This document shows, piece by piece, positions 1 through 8,648 of a DNA stretch of 64,000 bases. The notes beneath the pieces are model-generated. The model made no database searches. It saw nothing but the letters and a program-made list of their open reading frames with translations, and was not told where the DNA came from. The stretch's first letter is position 1; the number at the start of each line of letters is the position of its first letter. A program made the position numbers and the translations under genes. Source of the DNA: Candidatus Hydrogenedentota bacterium (GTDB lineage: Bacteria > Hydrogenedentota > Hydrogenedentia > Hydrogenedentales > SLHB01); contig BTVY01000039.1 in the NCBI GenBank assembly GCA_045863335.1, positions 1 through 64,000 of the forward strand, given 5' to 3'.

Positions 1-57
1 ATCGTTCGTTCCACAATCCCCGGCTTACGGATTCTTCCTGCAAAGTACCGGTTTGAT

Positions 58-113
58 TTGTGGTGCAGGCTTCCAGCCTGCGTTTTTTCACAGGCTGGAA
101 GCCTGCACCACAA
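58..113. repeat. REP-like palindrome, family A (TTGTGGTGCAGGCTTCCAGCCTG ... CAGGCTGGAAGCCTGCACCACAA)
   Basis: 23-bp inverted arms; near-identical copy at 55588-55642. Confidence 0.85.
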
Positions 114-314
114 TCGAGCAACGTGCCGTGTCGAAGGCGGATGTGTTTGCCGAACCCGCGCGAGTGAAACTGGGAGCACTGAGCATGTTCGGGGTTGTTC
201 CCCTCGGCCTGGTCAAATCATTTTGATCAATCGAATTCAGATCATTTGAATCTATTTCGGACTCCGTGCTTTGGGTCTCGACTTGGCGAATCTGCACTCG
301 ACGAAAAAGATTAA

Positions 315-346
315 CCCGGACCGGTTCGTCCGTGAACCGGTCCGGG
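315..346 (-). terminator. Intrinsic terminator of the 375-1709 gene
   Basis: 13-bp perfect stem CCCGGACCGGTTC/GAACCGGTCCGGG about 30 nt past the stop, followed by a T-rich tract on the minus strand. Confidence 0.7.
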
Positions 347-374
347 CGCCTCGCGGGAGCGAGGTTTAGAAAAC

Positions 375-1709
375 CTACACCGTATAGTTGAGAATCGCGT
401 CAACGGCGCGGCCGTAGCGCCCGTCGCCGTAGCGGAACGTGGTGGACTGCGCAATGCGATTGCCGCCCGCCGCTTTTTCATCCACGTTCTGGTAGTTCAA
501 ATCGATGGACTCAATGTCGGCATCCGCGAGGGAGATAAGCTCGCCCGCTTCCGTGAGGCCGTTGCCGTTGTCGCGGAAGAGGCGGAGCGCGTTGAATTCC
601 TTGTCGCGGGAATCGATACGACCGTCGTTGTTGCTGTCGAGTTTCCGAAGTTCTTCAAAGCCGTTGCGCGCGCCATTTTGATCGCCGAAAAGTTCTTTGC
701 CGCTATCGATGGACCCGTTGCCGTTCCGGTCGATGGCCAGGAAGGCGTCGCCACCGGTGACGAAGGCCGTATTGACTGCCGACCCGCTGCCAAGAATATC
801 GAAGCGCGCGCCCGTACCGAAGCTGGTCAATTCGATGCCGTCGCCATCGAGATCGAGGGTGATGGGATCGGATTCCTGGATTTCGCCTTGCTTGATGCTC
901 ACTACCTCGACGGATTCGAAGCTGAATTCGAGCTGTAGATTGAAACTGGACTGGGTGAGCTGGACTTGTTGTCCGCCGGTGGACTGGCCCGAACTCGCCG
1001 GTGCGCCGATCAATCCGATCTCCTGCAATCCTGCGAGCAAGTCATTGAACCGCGTCTGGAAATCGGACTCTGTGTTCGAGAAAAAGGCGTCGAGTAATTC
1101 GAAGATCTTGTTGAGCACATCGTCGTTGTCGCTCAGGGCTTCATTCGTAAGACTGAGCAATTGGTCGATACCGGTCTCTTCGTCACTCAGTTTCTCCGAG
1201 GCACCCGCAAAGCCGTTGAGTGCCGCGCCGCTGATGGTGAGGGAAAGCGAGAACCGTTGCGCGACCTTGCGGCTGGCTTCGAGGTAAGATTCGCGCTGCG
1301 AGCCCTGGAGTCCATCGGCCACCCCTTGCGTGCGCTCGCTGAAGCGGACCAATTCCTCCGTGCGCGACTCCGCGAAGAAGGAGAACGTCAGTTGCGACGC
1401 CTGGGCTTCCGCGCTGCCCTCGCCGTCTTTGCCATTGACGCGCGCCGCGGCTTCCTGAAGCGACACGGTCAGCGAGAAGCGCTCCACTTGAGAGCGATAG
1501 ACAAAGGCATCAAACTGCCGCGCAATCGCTTGGGACGCGTCTTCTTCGACGCCACCGGTTTCCGCGGCAGGTTCCGTCGATTTTGCCGCAAGGCTCGACG
1601 GGTCGACCCCCAGGATCCGGGCGAGCAACCCCTGCGCGTTGCCGTTGATCAGTCCCGGCAGACCCGGGAACAACGGCGCCTGGTTGAATTGAAGTGCGCC
1701 AGTACCCAT
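375..1709 (-). CDS. Hypothetical, probably extracellular protein with a C-terminal DPITLDLDGDG / EF-hand-like Ca-binding domain
   Basis: Motifs DPITLDLDGDGIEL, DRNGNGSIDSGKELFG, LDSNNDGRID; start refined to ATG 1709 (MGTGAL), downstream of a sigma28-like promoter. Confidence 0.75.
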   Translation of the reverse strand: MGTGALQFNQAPLFPGLPGLINGNAQGLLARILGVDPSSLAAKSTEPAAETGGVEEDASQAIARQFDAFVYRSQVERFSLTVSLQEAAARVNGKDGEGSAEAQASQLTFSFFAESRTEELVRFSERTQGVADGLQGSQRESYLEASRKVAQRFSLSLTISGAALNGFAGASEKLSDEETGIDQLLSLTNEALSDNDDVLNKIFELLDAFFSNTESDFQTRFNDLLAGLQEIGLIGAPASSGQSTGGQQVQLTQSSFNLQLEFSFESVEVVSIKQGEIQESDPITLDLDGDGIELTSFGTGARFDILGSGSAVNTAFVTGGDAFLAIDRNGNGSIDSGKELFGDQNGARNGFEELRKLDSNNDGRIDSRDKEFNALRLFRDNGNGLTEAGELISLADADIESIDLNYQNVDEKAAGGNRIAQSTTFRYGDGRYGRAVDAILNYTV

Positions 1710-1778
1710 AGCAATCCCTGTCCACGCCCCTCGACGTGGCTCATCCGTGAGAAAAACCCATCCCGTTCGCCGATCTGT

Positions 1779-1806
1779 GTATCGGCAGCAAAACGCGAAA
1801 ACTTTA
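1779..1806 (-). promoter_or_regulatory. Sigma28 (FliA)-type promoter
   Basis: Minus strand TAAAGTTT-N12-GCCGATAC versus consensus TAAAGTTT-N11-GCCGATAA. Confidence 0.7.
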
Positions 1807-1912
1807 GACCGTTGCGGAAATTGCGGGGTAGCTCCGCCACGTGACAATGCGCGGCAGGGGCACGTACAATAGGGCCTCGAAACCGCGTCAACGCCGTTCC
1901 GGGGAGCATCTT

Positions 1913-2977
1913 TTGTTGACCACAGAACCGCAGACCAGCGCGCCGGACCACAGCGCCGATTTGCGCTACCAGGAGGAGATCCTCCAGGGCGTGTCGCGGA
2001 CCTTTGCCCTCACGATTCCCCAACTTCCCGAGCGGCTACGCGTGGTGGTTGGAAACGCCTATCTCCTTTGTCGGATTGCGGATACGATTGAAGATTCCTC
2101 CGTGCTCACCATCGAGGAGAAGCTGAGATTCGGCGAGCAATTCGTCGCGGTCGTGCGCGGCGATGCTGCACCGGAGGACTTCGGACGGGACCTCGCGGCC
2201 GCGCTTACGGGTGGCTGCCTGGACGCCGAGCGCGATTTGGTGCGCAACACGCCTGCGGTGATCCGCTTGACCCACAGTTTCCGGACCGAAGAGCGCGAAG
2301 CGTTGAACCGTTGCGTCCGCATCATGTCGGATGGCATGGAAGATTTTCAGGAGGGGAAGTTCACGCAGGGACTACGCGACGTGCCCCATCTCGATGCGTA
2401 CTGCTATCACGTAGCGGGAGTCGTGGGCGAGATGTTGTGCGCCTTGTTCTGTGCCCACTCGCCGGAGGCCGCCCGGAACCGGGAAGGCTTGGAGCGTTAC
2501 GCCGTATCCTTCGGGCAAGGCCTGCAGATGACCAACATCCTGAAAGACATTTGGGACGACAAGGAGCGCAACGTGGTGTGGCTGCCGCAGAGCGTGTTTG
2601 AAGCGCACGAATTCGACCTGCGAAACCTGCGTGCAGGTCAGAGCGACCCAGGGTTTCGTGCCGGGCTGCGCGAACTCATCGCCATCGCCCATGGCCATCT
2701 CGAGAATGCATTGCAGTACACCCTGCTCATTCCCAAATCCGAAATGGGGATCCGGCGCTTCTGTTTGTGGGCCCTGTTCATGGCGGTGTTCACCCTGCGG
2801 CGAATCGATGCGAACCCCGATTTCGCATCCGGCAACGACGTGAAGATTTCGCGCCGGACGGTTAAGACGGTCATCGCGTGCACCCATATCGCAGGCGGCA
2901 ACGATTGGTTATTGAAAGCGTACTTCCGTTTCGCGGGGCGCGGATTGCCCAAAGCTGCGGTCGAACCGCGCGGGTAG
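1913..2977 (+). CDS. Squalene/phytoene synthase family protein (squalene synthase-like)
   Basis: SRTFAL, YLLCRIADTIED, YCYHVAGVVG, GLQMTNILKD motifs; TTG start after GGGGAG (start uncertain). Confidence 0.85.
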   Translation: MLTTEPQTSAPDHSADLRYQEEILQGVSRTFALTIPQLPERLRVVVGNAYLLCRIADTIEDSSVLTIEEKLRFGEQFVAVVRGDAAPEDFGRDLAAALTGGCLDAERDLVRNTPAVIRLTHSFRTEEREALNRCVRIMSDGMEDFQEGKFTQGLRDVPHLDAYCYHVAGVVGEMLCALFCAHSPEAARNREGLERYAVSFGQGLQMTNILKDIWDDKERNVVWLPQSVFEAHEFDLRNLRAGQSDPGFRAGLRELIAIAHGHLENALQYTLLIPKSEMGIRRFCLWALFMAVFTLRRIDANPDFASGNDVKISRRTVKTVIACTHIAGGNDWLLKAYFRFAGRGLPKAAVEPRG

Positions 2978-3048
2978 AGACCGGAGGCTGGAGACTGGAG
3001 ACTGGAGGTCGGAGGTTGAAGGTCGGAGGTTGAAGGTCGAAAGACTGG
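2977..3048 (+). repeat. Degenerate 7-mer tandem repeat (GAGACTG/GAGGTCG, about 10 units)
   Basis: Read directly after the synthase stop codon. Confidence 0.8.
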
Positions 3049-3096
3049 AACCAAGTTTGCTCTTCCCAGGTTCACGCCATTTGGTTCACGGATTAT

Positions 3097-3128
3097 GTCG
3101 GATCAGTCGAATCGGTCCGATAGGTCCG
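3097..3128 (+). repeat. Degenerate 9-mer tandem repeat (GTCGGATCA-like)
   Basis: gtcggatca gtcgaatcg gtccgatag gtccg. Confidence 0.55.
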
Positions 3129-3147
3129 TTTTCTGCGGGGGATTGAT

Positions 3148-4989
3148 TTGATGCTATTACTCCTTTTCGCGTGGGCCGCCGCTGCAAGCAGCGCTCTGAC
3201 CAACCCGGATTTTGACGACGGGCTAGAAGGCTGGACTCCGAGCAGTGTAGAGATTGAGATGCTCGTCACTTCCGTCGACGACCGATCGATTGCGCGTATC
3301 GTTGTGCCTGAGACTGCCCAACCGGGTTATCCCCACGTAGCCCAATCGCTCGATGCGCTCCCTGGCGATCTCATTTCCGCGACGGCCGAGGCGCGCAACA
3401 TTGGCGTGCAGCGCGGCGCGGGCGCGTATATGGTCATCGAGTACTTCGACGCGGCGGAAAAGCGCGTCTCGTTCAGTCAATCCAACATGGCCGAGACGGA
3501 TGGATCGTGGACCGAGCTGCGCGTGCAGGGCGTTATGCCGAAGGAGGCGGTCCGCGCGCGCATTGCGCTCATTCTGAACGGAACCGGTACCGCGGAGTTC
3601 GACGCCGTAACCGCCACGCGCGAACCCGGCGTGGGCGCAACCGGCCCGCCGGATGGACCGGTGACGATTACGATCACCGATAACGTCGTGTGCGATTCCT
3701 TTCGCGGCTTCGGAGTAGAGGACGACGGCTGGTTCTACAATCCTGAGAACGCGGCGCATGGTGTTACGGAGGACGATGCGCGCTTGCGCGAGGAGCGTAT
3801 CGCGTCCATGGGCATCGACTGGGTGCGGATGTTCTTCTGGTACAAGGACTGGAATCCGTCCGGTGATTGGGAGACCTTTTCCTTCGACTCGCCGAACATG
3901 GAAAGTCATTACCGCACGCTGGATTTGTACCAACGGCTTGGCGTTCCTGTAAACGTGGTCGGCGTCGAGTGGGGCGTCGAGGATCCCTACGGCAATCCCG
4001 AGGCGGCGGCGAAGGCCATTGGCGCGTTGTTCGAGCACCTCATCAAGACGAAGGGCTACACCTGCGTGCAGGAGTGGACGCTGACCAATGAGCCGAATGG
4101 CTACTTCATTCGCGCGGGCTACGACTTCGAGCGCTTCGTGCAGCTGCATGAACTTGTACACGCCGAGTTCGAGCGGCGCGGACTGACAATCCGCATCGTG
4201 GGCAGCGACGAAACGAACGGCGGCTATTCGTTCTTCAAGCAATGCGTGACGGACGACCGGTACTATCCCCTCGTCGACTATTTCGCATCGCACCGGTACT
4301 TTCCGTACGCGGACCGCGTCACCGCGCCCGCCTTCTACAATGAGCGACTGGAAGTGCTCGCCGCAAAGACGCGGCACAAGGACCTCGTCATCGCCGAGTT
4401 CGGCTTCCAGGATGACCGGTCGGGCGCGCTCGTGAATCCATTGATGGAGACTTACCCCTACGCCGTGTGGACGGCGGCATTTGTCATCGACGGACTCAAC
4501 CGCGGCGTCGCGGGGTTTTCGATCTGGTGCCTCCAGGAAATGTACTACCCCGGCAACGGCTTTATGAACTACGGCCTCTGGGATTTTAAGGACAACAACT
4601 GGAAGCCGCGCCCCGTGTACCACGCGTGGCGGAACTTCACTACCTTGACCCAGTCCGGCGACGCCGTGCGGGCATGCGCCTCATCGAGTCCGGCCCACGT
4701 TGTTGCGGCGGTGATGGGAGGCGTATTGTTTTGGGCAAACCACAGCGATTACGCCGCGGATGTGCGCGTCGAGGGCTGGGAGGATGCCTTATCCCTGGAG
4801 CGACGGGAGAACCCGACGTCCGGCGCCGGGTTGGTTGTCCACAAAGTCCTGACCGAGTCGACCTTGCCTGAGTCATCCGATCGCGGTACGCTGGAACTTA
4901 CCAACCGCACATCGTTCAGTGCGCCACCCATGAGTTTTGGGTATATTCGGGGAGCAGGCGCAACGCAAGGCAGGGCTGAAGGAGACTGA
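3148..4989 (+). CDS. Exported clan GH-A glycoside hydrolase with N-terminal CBM4/9-like domain
   Basis: Signal peptide; LTNPDFDDGLEGW CBM start; TNEP acid/base and IAEFG nucleophile motifs. Confidence 0.75.
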   Translation: MMLLLLFAWAAAASSALTNPDFDDGLEGWTPSSVEIEMLVTSVDDRSIARIVVPETAQPGYPHVAQSLDALPGDLISATAEARNIGVQRGAGAYMVIEYFDAAEKRVSFSQSNMAETDGSWTELRVQGVMPKEAVRARIALILNGTGTAEFDAVTATREPGVGATGPPDGPVTITITDNVVCDSFRGFGVEDDGWFYNPENAAHGVTEDDARLREERIASMGIDWVRMFFWYKDWNPSGDWETFSFDSPNMESHYRTLDLYQRLGVPVNVVGVEWGVEDPYGNPEAAAKAIGALFEHLIKTKGYTCVQEWTLTNEPNGYFIRAGYDFERFVQLHELVHAEFERRGLTIRIVGSDETNGGYSFFKQCVTDDRYYPLVDYFASHRYFPYADRVTAPAFYNERLEVLAAKTRHKDLVIAEFGFQDDRSGALVNPLMETYPYAVWTAAFVIDGLNRGVAGFSIWCLQEMYYPGNGFMNYGLWDFKDNNWKPRPVYHAWRNFTTLTQSGDAVRACASSSPAHVVAAVMGGVLFWANHSDYAADVRVEGWEDALSLERRENPTSGAGLVVHKVLTESTLPESSDRGTLELTNRTSFSAPPMSFGYIRGAGATQGRAEGD

Positions 4990-4990
4990 C

Positions 4991-6382
4991 ATGATTTCAC
5001 CGGTACTCGCATCGGCAATACTCATCGCCACCCACACCGCAGCGGGACTCGCCACGGGCGTGAAGGTTGGCGAAGTGACGACCGATTCCGCCATCGTTTG
5101 GGTACGCGTGACGGAGGAGGCGGAGCGGAACGGACGCGGGCTATGGTTCGCGGGCCGGCCGGCGATTCCTGTTCCAGACGGCGTTCGGCCCGAGCAACTG
5201 TTGGGCGCCTGCCCCGGCGCGCCCGGTGAGGTGCGCCTGCGGTATGGGACGTCGCAAGACTTGGCCGATGCGACAGTGACCGGCTGGGTCAAGGTGGAAT
5301 CGAATACTGACTTCGCCCACAGCTTCGCGATCGATGGACTCAAACCGGCAACCGAGTATTTCTACGTCGCCGAAGCTCGCGATCCGGGCTCGGAAGAACC
5401 GAGCGCCACGTTGCAGGGGCAATTCGGGACTGCGCCCGCGCCCGAGACCAATGCGGACGTCACGTTCACGGTGGTTACGGGGATGTATTACGGAGACCTG
5501 GACGATCTCAAGGGCTTCAACGCCTATGCCGCCATGACCGAACTCAAGCCCGACTTCCTCGTTCCCACCGGCGACACGGTCTATTACGACAACGATTCGC
5601 CGGTCGTCACGTCGCTTGACGTGGCCTCCTACCACTGGCAGCGCATGTATAGCCTGCCGCGGCTCGTCGAGTTTCATCTCACGGCCCCCGCGTATTGGGA
5701 GAAGGACGACCACGACACCTATCACGACGACTGCTGGCCGGGTATGGTCGAAGAGAAGATGGGGAACTTCACCTTCGACGAGGGACTGAAGTATTTCCTT
5801 GATGTGGTACCCATGGGTGATAAGACCTACCGCACCGTGCGCTGGGGCAAGGCCCTGCAAGTGTGGCTTGTCGAAGGACGGGACTACCGGTCGCCCAACA
5901 CGATGCCCGACGGTCCCGGCAAGACCATCTGGGGCGAAGAGCAGAAGGAGTGGCTGAAAACGACCTTGCTCGAAAGCGATGCCGATTGGAAAGTGCTCGT
6001 GTCGCCCACGCCGATTGTAGGACCCGACCGCGGCAGCAAGGCCGACAACCACGCCAACGACGCCTTCGCCCACGAAGGAAACGAGATGCGTGAATGGTTT
6101 GCGGAGAACGTGCCGGATAATCTCTTCATCGCCTGCGGCGACCGGCATTGGCAGTACCACAGCATCGACCCGAAGACGGGTGTGCAGGAATTCAGTTGCG
6201 GCCCCGTCAGCGACGAACATGCCGGCGGATCCCCGGGAGAGGACCCAGAATACCACCAATATCACCGGATGGAGGGCGGGTTTCTCTCCGTGAATGTCTC
6301 GCCAAAGGGCGACGGGAGCACGATCGCGTTCCGTTTTCACGACGTGCACGGCAAGGTCCTCTACGAGAAGGCCTTCGAATAG
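4991..6382 (+). CDS. phoD: Alkaline phosphatase D family protein
   Basis: GDTVYYD, DDHD, EGRDYRS, GDRH motifs; N-terminal GEVTTDSAIVW. Confidence 0.85.
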   Translation: MISPVLASAILIATHTAAGLATGVKVGEVTTDSAIVWVRVTEEAERNGRGLWFAGRPAIPVPDGVRPEQLLGACPGAPGEVRLRYGTSQDLADATVTGWVKVESNTDFAHSFAIDGLKPATEYFYVAEARDPGSEEPSATLQGQFGTAPAPETNADVTFTVVTGMYYGDLDDLKGFNAYAAMTELKPDFLVPTGDTVYYDNDSPVVTSLDVASYHWQRMYSLPRLVEFHLTAPAYWEKDDHDTYHDDCWPGMVEEKMGNFTFDEGLKYFLDVVPMGDKTYRTVRWGKALQVWLVEGRDYRSPNTMPDGPGKTIWGEEQKEWLKTTLLESDADWKVLVSPTPIVGPDRGSKADNHANDAFAHEGNEMREWFAENVPDNLFIACGDRHWQYHSIDPKTGVQEFSCGPVSDEHAGGSPGEDPEYHQYHRMEGGFLSVNVSPKGDGSTIAFRFHDVHGKVLYEKAFE

Positions 6383-6405
6383 CGGTGGGAGTCTGGCTTG
6401 CCAGA

Positions 6406-6936
6406 CTATCGCAGAACGATCCGCGGCGGCGGACCAAGTTCGTAGTGACCCCGCCACAGTTCCCCGTAGCAGCGCTCCATAGCGTCCATAAAGTCCATAA
6501 CGTCCATACGCAAGATCCGGCATCCCGCGCCCCGCTGCGCCAGGACCGTACCGAGCAGCGCAAACGCCGCCCGGCTGTGCCGGTCCGTCCCGCGCCAGTT
6601 CTCGAGGTGCGCTTTCAGCAGCGCGGCGCTGTTGCGTATCAGCGCCTGCACGACGCAGCCCTCCATAGAACTTCTGCCCAGCGCTCGCCACAAAGGTTCC
6701 CAGGCTTCATGGGACTCCCACAAGTAGCCCTGATGATAGAGGTCGATGCCGTAGAGAAAGGCCTCGCAGCTTTCCCACGGCGGCCCGAACCCTAATAGCG
6801 CGTCGCCGCCATAGCTGTGCCCCCTCAGGTCGTTCACAGGGTGAGGTGTCAGGCCCGGGACGTGGCGGTACGGCGGCAAGGCCCGAACCGGGCACATGCG
6901 GGGAGCGTCTTCATAGAGTGGAGCCAAGACCTTCAT
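6406..6936 (-). CDS. DUF309 domain protein
   Basis: GIDLYHQGYLWESHEAWEPLW and VQALI motifs. Confidence 0.8.
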   Translation of the reverse strand: MKVLAPLYEDAPRMCPVRALPPYRHVPGLTPHPVNDLRGHSYGGDALLGFGPPWESCEAFLYGIDLYHQGYLWESHEAWEPLWRALGRSSMEGCVVQALIRNSAALLKAHLENWRGTDRHSRAAFALLGTVLAQRGAGCRILRMDVMDFMDAMERCYGELWRGHYELGPPPRIVLR

Positions 6937-6986
6937 TTTGGACCCCTCCAGCGTAACCCGCTAGAACAGACAGCCCCCGCAGAAGG

Positions 6987-7002
6987 TGACAAAAATTGTC
7001 GC
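6987..7002. promoter_or_regulatory. Candidate enhancer (bEBP/PilR-like site) GACA-N5-TGTC
   Basis: Palindrome GTGACAAAAATTGTCGC about 110 bp upstream of the sigma54 promoter of the pilin. Confidence 0.45.
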
Positions 7003-7109
7003 CACAATGCTCTAACGGTCACGAATTTCACTGAATACACCGACTTTCAATCATCGCTCTATGTTCATAACCCATTCGTTAAGAATGCTTTATGTGAACC
7101 GATACCGAA

Positions 7110-7126
7110 TTGGCACGACGGCTGCT
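7110..7126 (+). promoter_or_regulatory. Sigma54 -24/-12 promoter
   Basis: TTGGCACGACGGCTGCT = TGGCACG-N4-(C)TGC with GG-N10-GC spacing. Confidence 0.75.
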
Positions 7127-7199
7127 CTTCTCATACGTCCCTGCGGGGACGGTAGACGGGAACGTGATAACGATACTTGGGGCAACTTGGAGTAACGAT

Positions 7200-7688
7200 A
7201 TGAAACGGCATGGCGGATTCACCCTAATCGAACTGATGATCGTCATAGCGATTATCGCGATTATCGCGGCGATTGCCATACCGAACCTGCTCCGTTCGCG
7301 CATGAGCGCCAACGAGGCCAGCGCATCCGGCGCGATGCGCACAATCTCCACGGCCGAAGTCGCGTTTCAGTCGGCGGCCTTCGTTGACGTGAACGGAGAC
7401 GGCCTTGGTGATTACGGAACCCTCGCGCAACTGGGCAACCCGGACGGAGGCGGTACGACCCCGGCCTTTGTCGACGCGGTGCTCATCAATGGTTTTAAGC
7501 AAGGGTACGCCTTCGCGGTCAATGTGACCCCTGGAAACGCAACCACGCCGCCATCGTATACCTGCACCGCAATTCCAATGGCGCCGGGACAGACCGGCTG
7601 GCGGCAGTTCTTCGTAGACGACACGGGGGTCATTCGATTCACCACAGACGGCACCGGAGTTGGCCCAACTTCACCGCCGTTAAACTAG
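7200..7688 (+). CDS. Type IV pilin-like protein (prepilin N-terminal cleavage/methylation domain)
   Basis: MKRHGG|FTLIELMIVIAIIAIIAAIAIP with G|F cleavage site and E5; C-terminal FFVDDTGVIR. Confidence 0.9.
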   Translation: MKRHGGFTLIELMIVIAIIAIIAAIAIPNLLRSRMSANEASASGAMRTISTAEVAFQSAAFVDVNGDGLGDYGTLAQLGNPDGGGTTPAFVDAVLINGFKQGYAFAVNVTPGNATTPPSYTCTAIPMAPGQTGWRQFFVDDTGVIRFTTDGTGVGPTSPPLN

Positions 7689-7774
7689 CTCACCACACCC
7701 ACACTGCACCTCGGCGACCAGCGGCCCTGGCTCCTTCCCGCTGGTCGCCACCTCCATTTTAAGGGGTCGTGCGG

Positions 7775-8458
7775 TTAACCGTGCAGCACGGCGGCCAGTT
7801 TGGCGGCCATATCGGGATAGCTCCGGCGGTAATCCTCCCGGGCACGGCGGATGACTTCCTGCGCTTCCTCGCGGCCATAGATATGGGTGATTTCGCAGAC
7901 CTTGTCCACTGCATCGGGCGCCTGCTTGTAGGTGAGAAAGTAATGCCGCATGCGATCCACCAGCCTCGAAGGACACTCTTCGATCCTGCGCATGTCGCCA
8001 AAGGTCTCATCGTCCACCATCGCGGCGATGATCTTGTCGTCGGCCTCGTTCCCGTCGAGCATGCGCAGGCCGCCAATGGGCACGGCGCGCAACAACACGT
8101 TGCTCTTGCGGATGGGCTTCTCCGAGAGCACGCAGATGTCCAGGGGATCGCTGTCGCCGACGATATCGTTGCGCCCGGTCTTCTCCCGGCAGAACGCCGC
8201 GGACGATTCGCCGGAATAGGTTTGCGGTACGAATCCGTACAGGGTGGGGCAGACGCTGGAATACCGCTGCGGGCGATCCACCTTGAGGAGACCGCTTTCC
8301 TTGTCGAGTTCGTACTTAACGTTGTCGGTGGGCGTCATCTCCACGTACACCGTCACGATCTCGGGCGCCTGCTCGCCGATGGATACGCCATGCCACGGAT
8401 GCGCGCGAAAGAAAAGGTTCATCAGATTCCATACGGACTCGGGGAAATGCTCGTTCAT
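7775..8458 (-). CDS. ppa: Family I inorganic pyrophosphatase
   Basis: HPWHG, KYELDK, YGFVPQT, GDSDPLDI, DDKII motifs. Confidence 0.93.
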   Translation of the reverse strand: MNEHFPESVWNLMNLFFRAHPWHGVSIGEQAPEIVTVYVEMTPTDNVKYELDKESGLLKVDRPQRYSSVCPTLYGFVPQTYSGESSAAFCREKTGRNDIVGDSDPLDICVLSEKPIRKSNVLLRAVPIGGLRMLDGNEADDKIIAAMVDDETFGDMRRIEECPSRLVDRMRHYFLTYKQAPDAVDKVCEITHIYGREEAQEVIRRAREDYRRSYPDMAAKLAAVLHG

Positions 8459-8648
8459 GCCGCCTTCTTTCGTGAATGAGAAATTGTGTGTCACCGGAAC
8501 TTGATTGTATCGCAGGCAGACGAGGTCCGCCAAGCCGTCGTTCTGAGAATCGCCCGGCTTCGGCGAAACCTGCGGTGACGGGTGCGGCAATGAAATCCAA
8601 TCGACGTACGCCACGAAGGCACGGCGCGATCCATGAAAGGCGCGGCGA

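Noticed and set aside
2977-3128. CRISPR array
   Set aside because: The units are 7-9 nt and contiguous, with no spacers and no cas genes.
3223-6691. Long antisense ORFs (3223-4623 and 5141-6691; similar ones at 25185-26210, 36580-37812, 53052-54266, 62789-63961)
   Set aside because: Shadow frames opposite well-supported genes, expected from high GC3 codon bias; no motifs.
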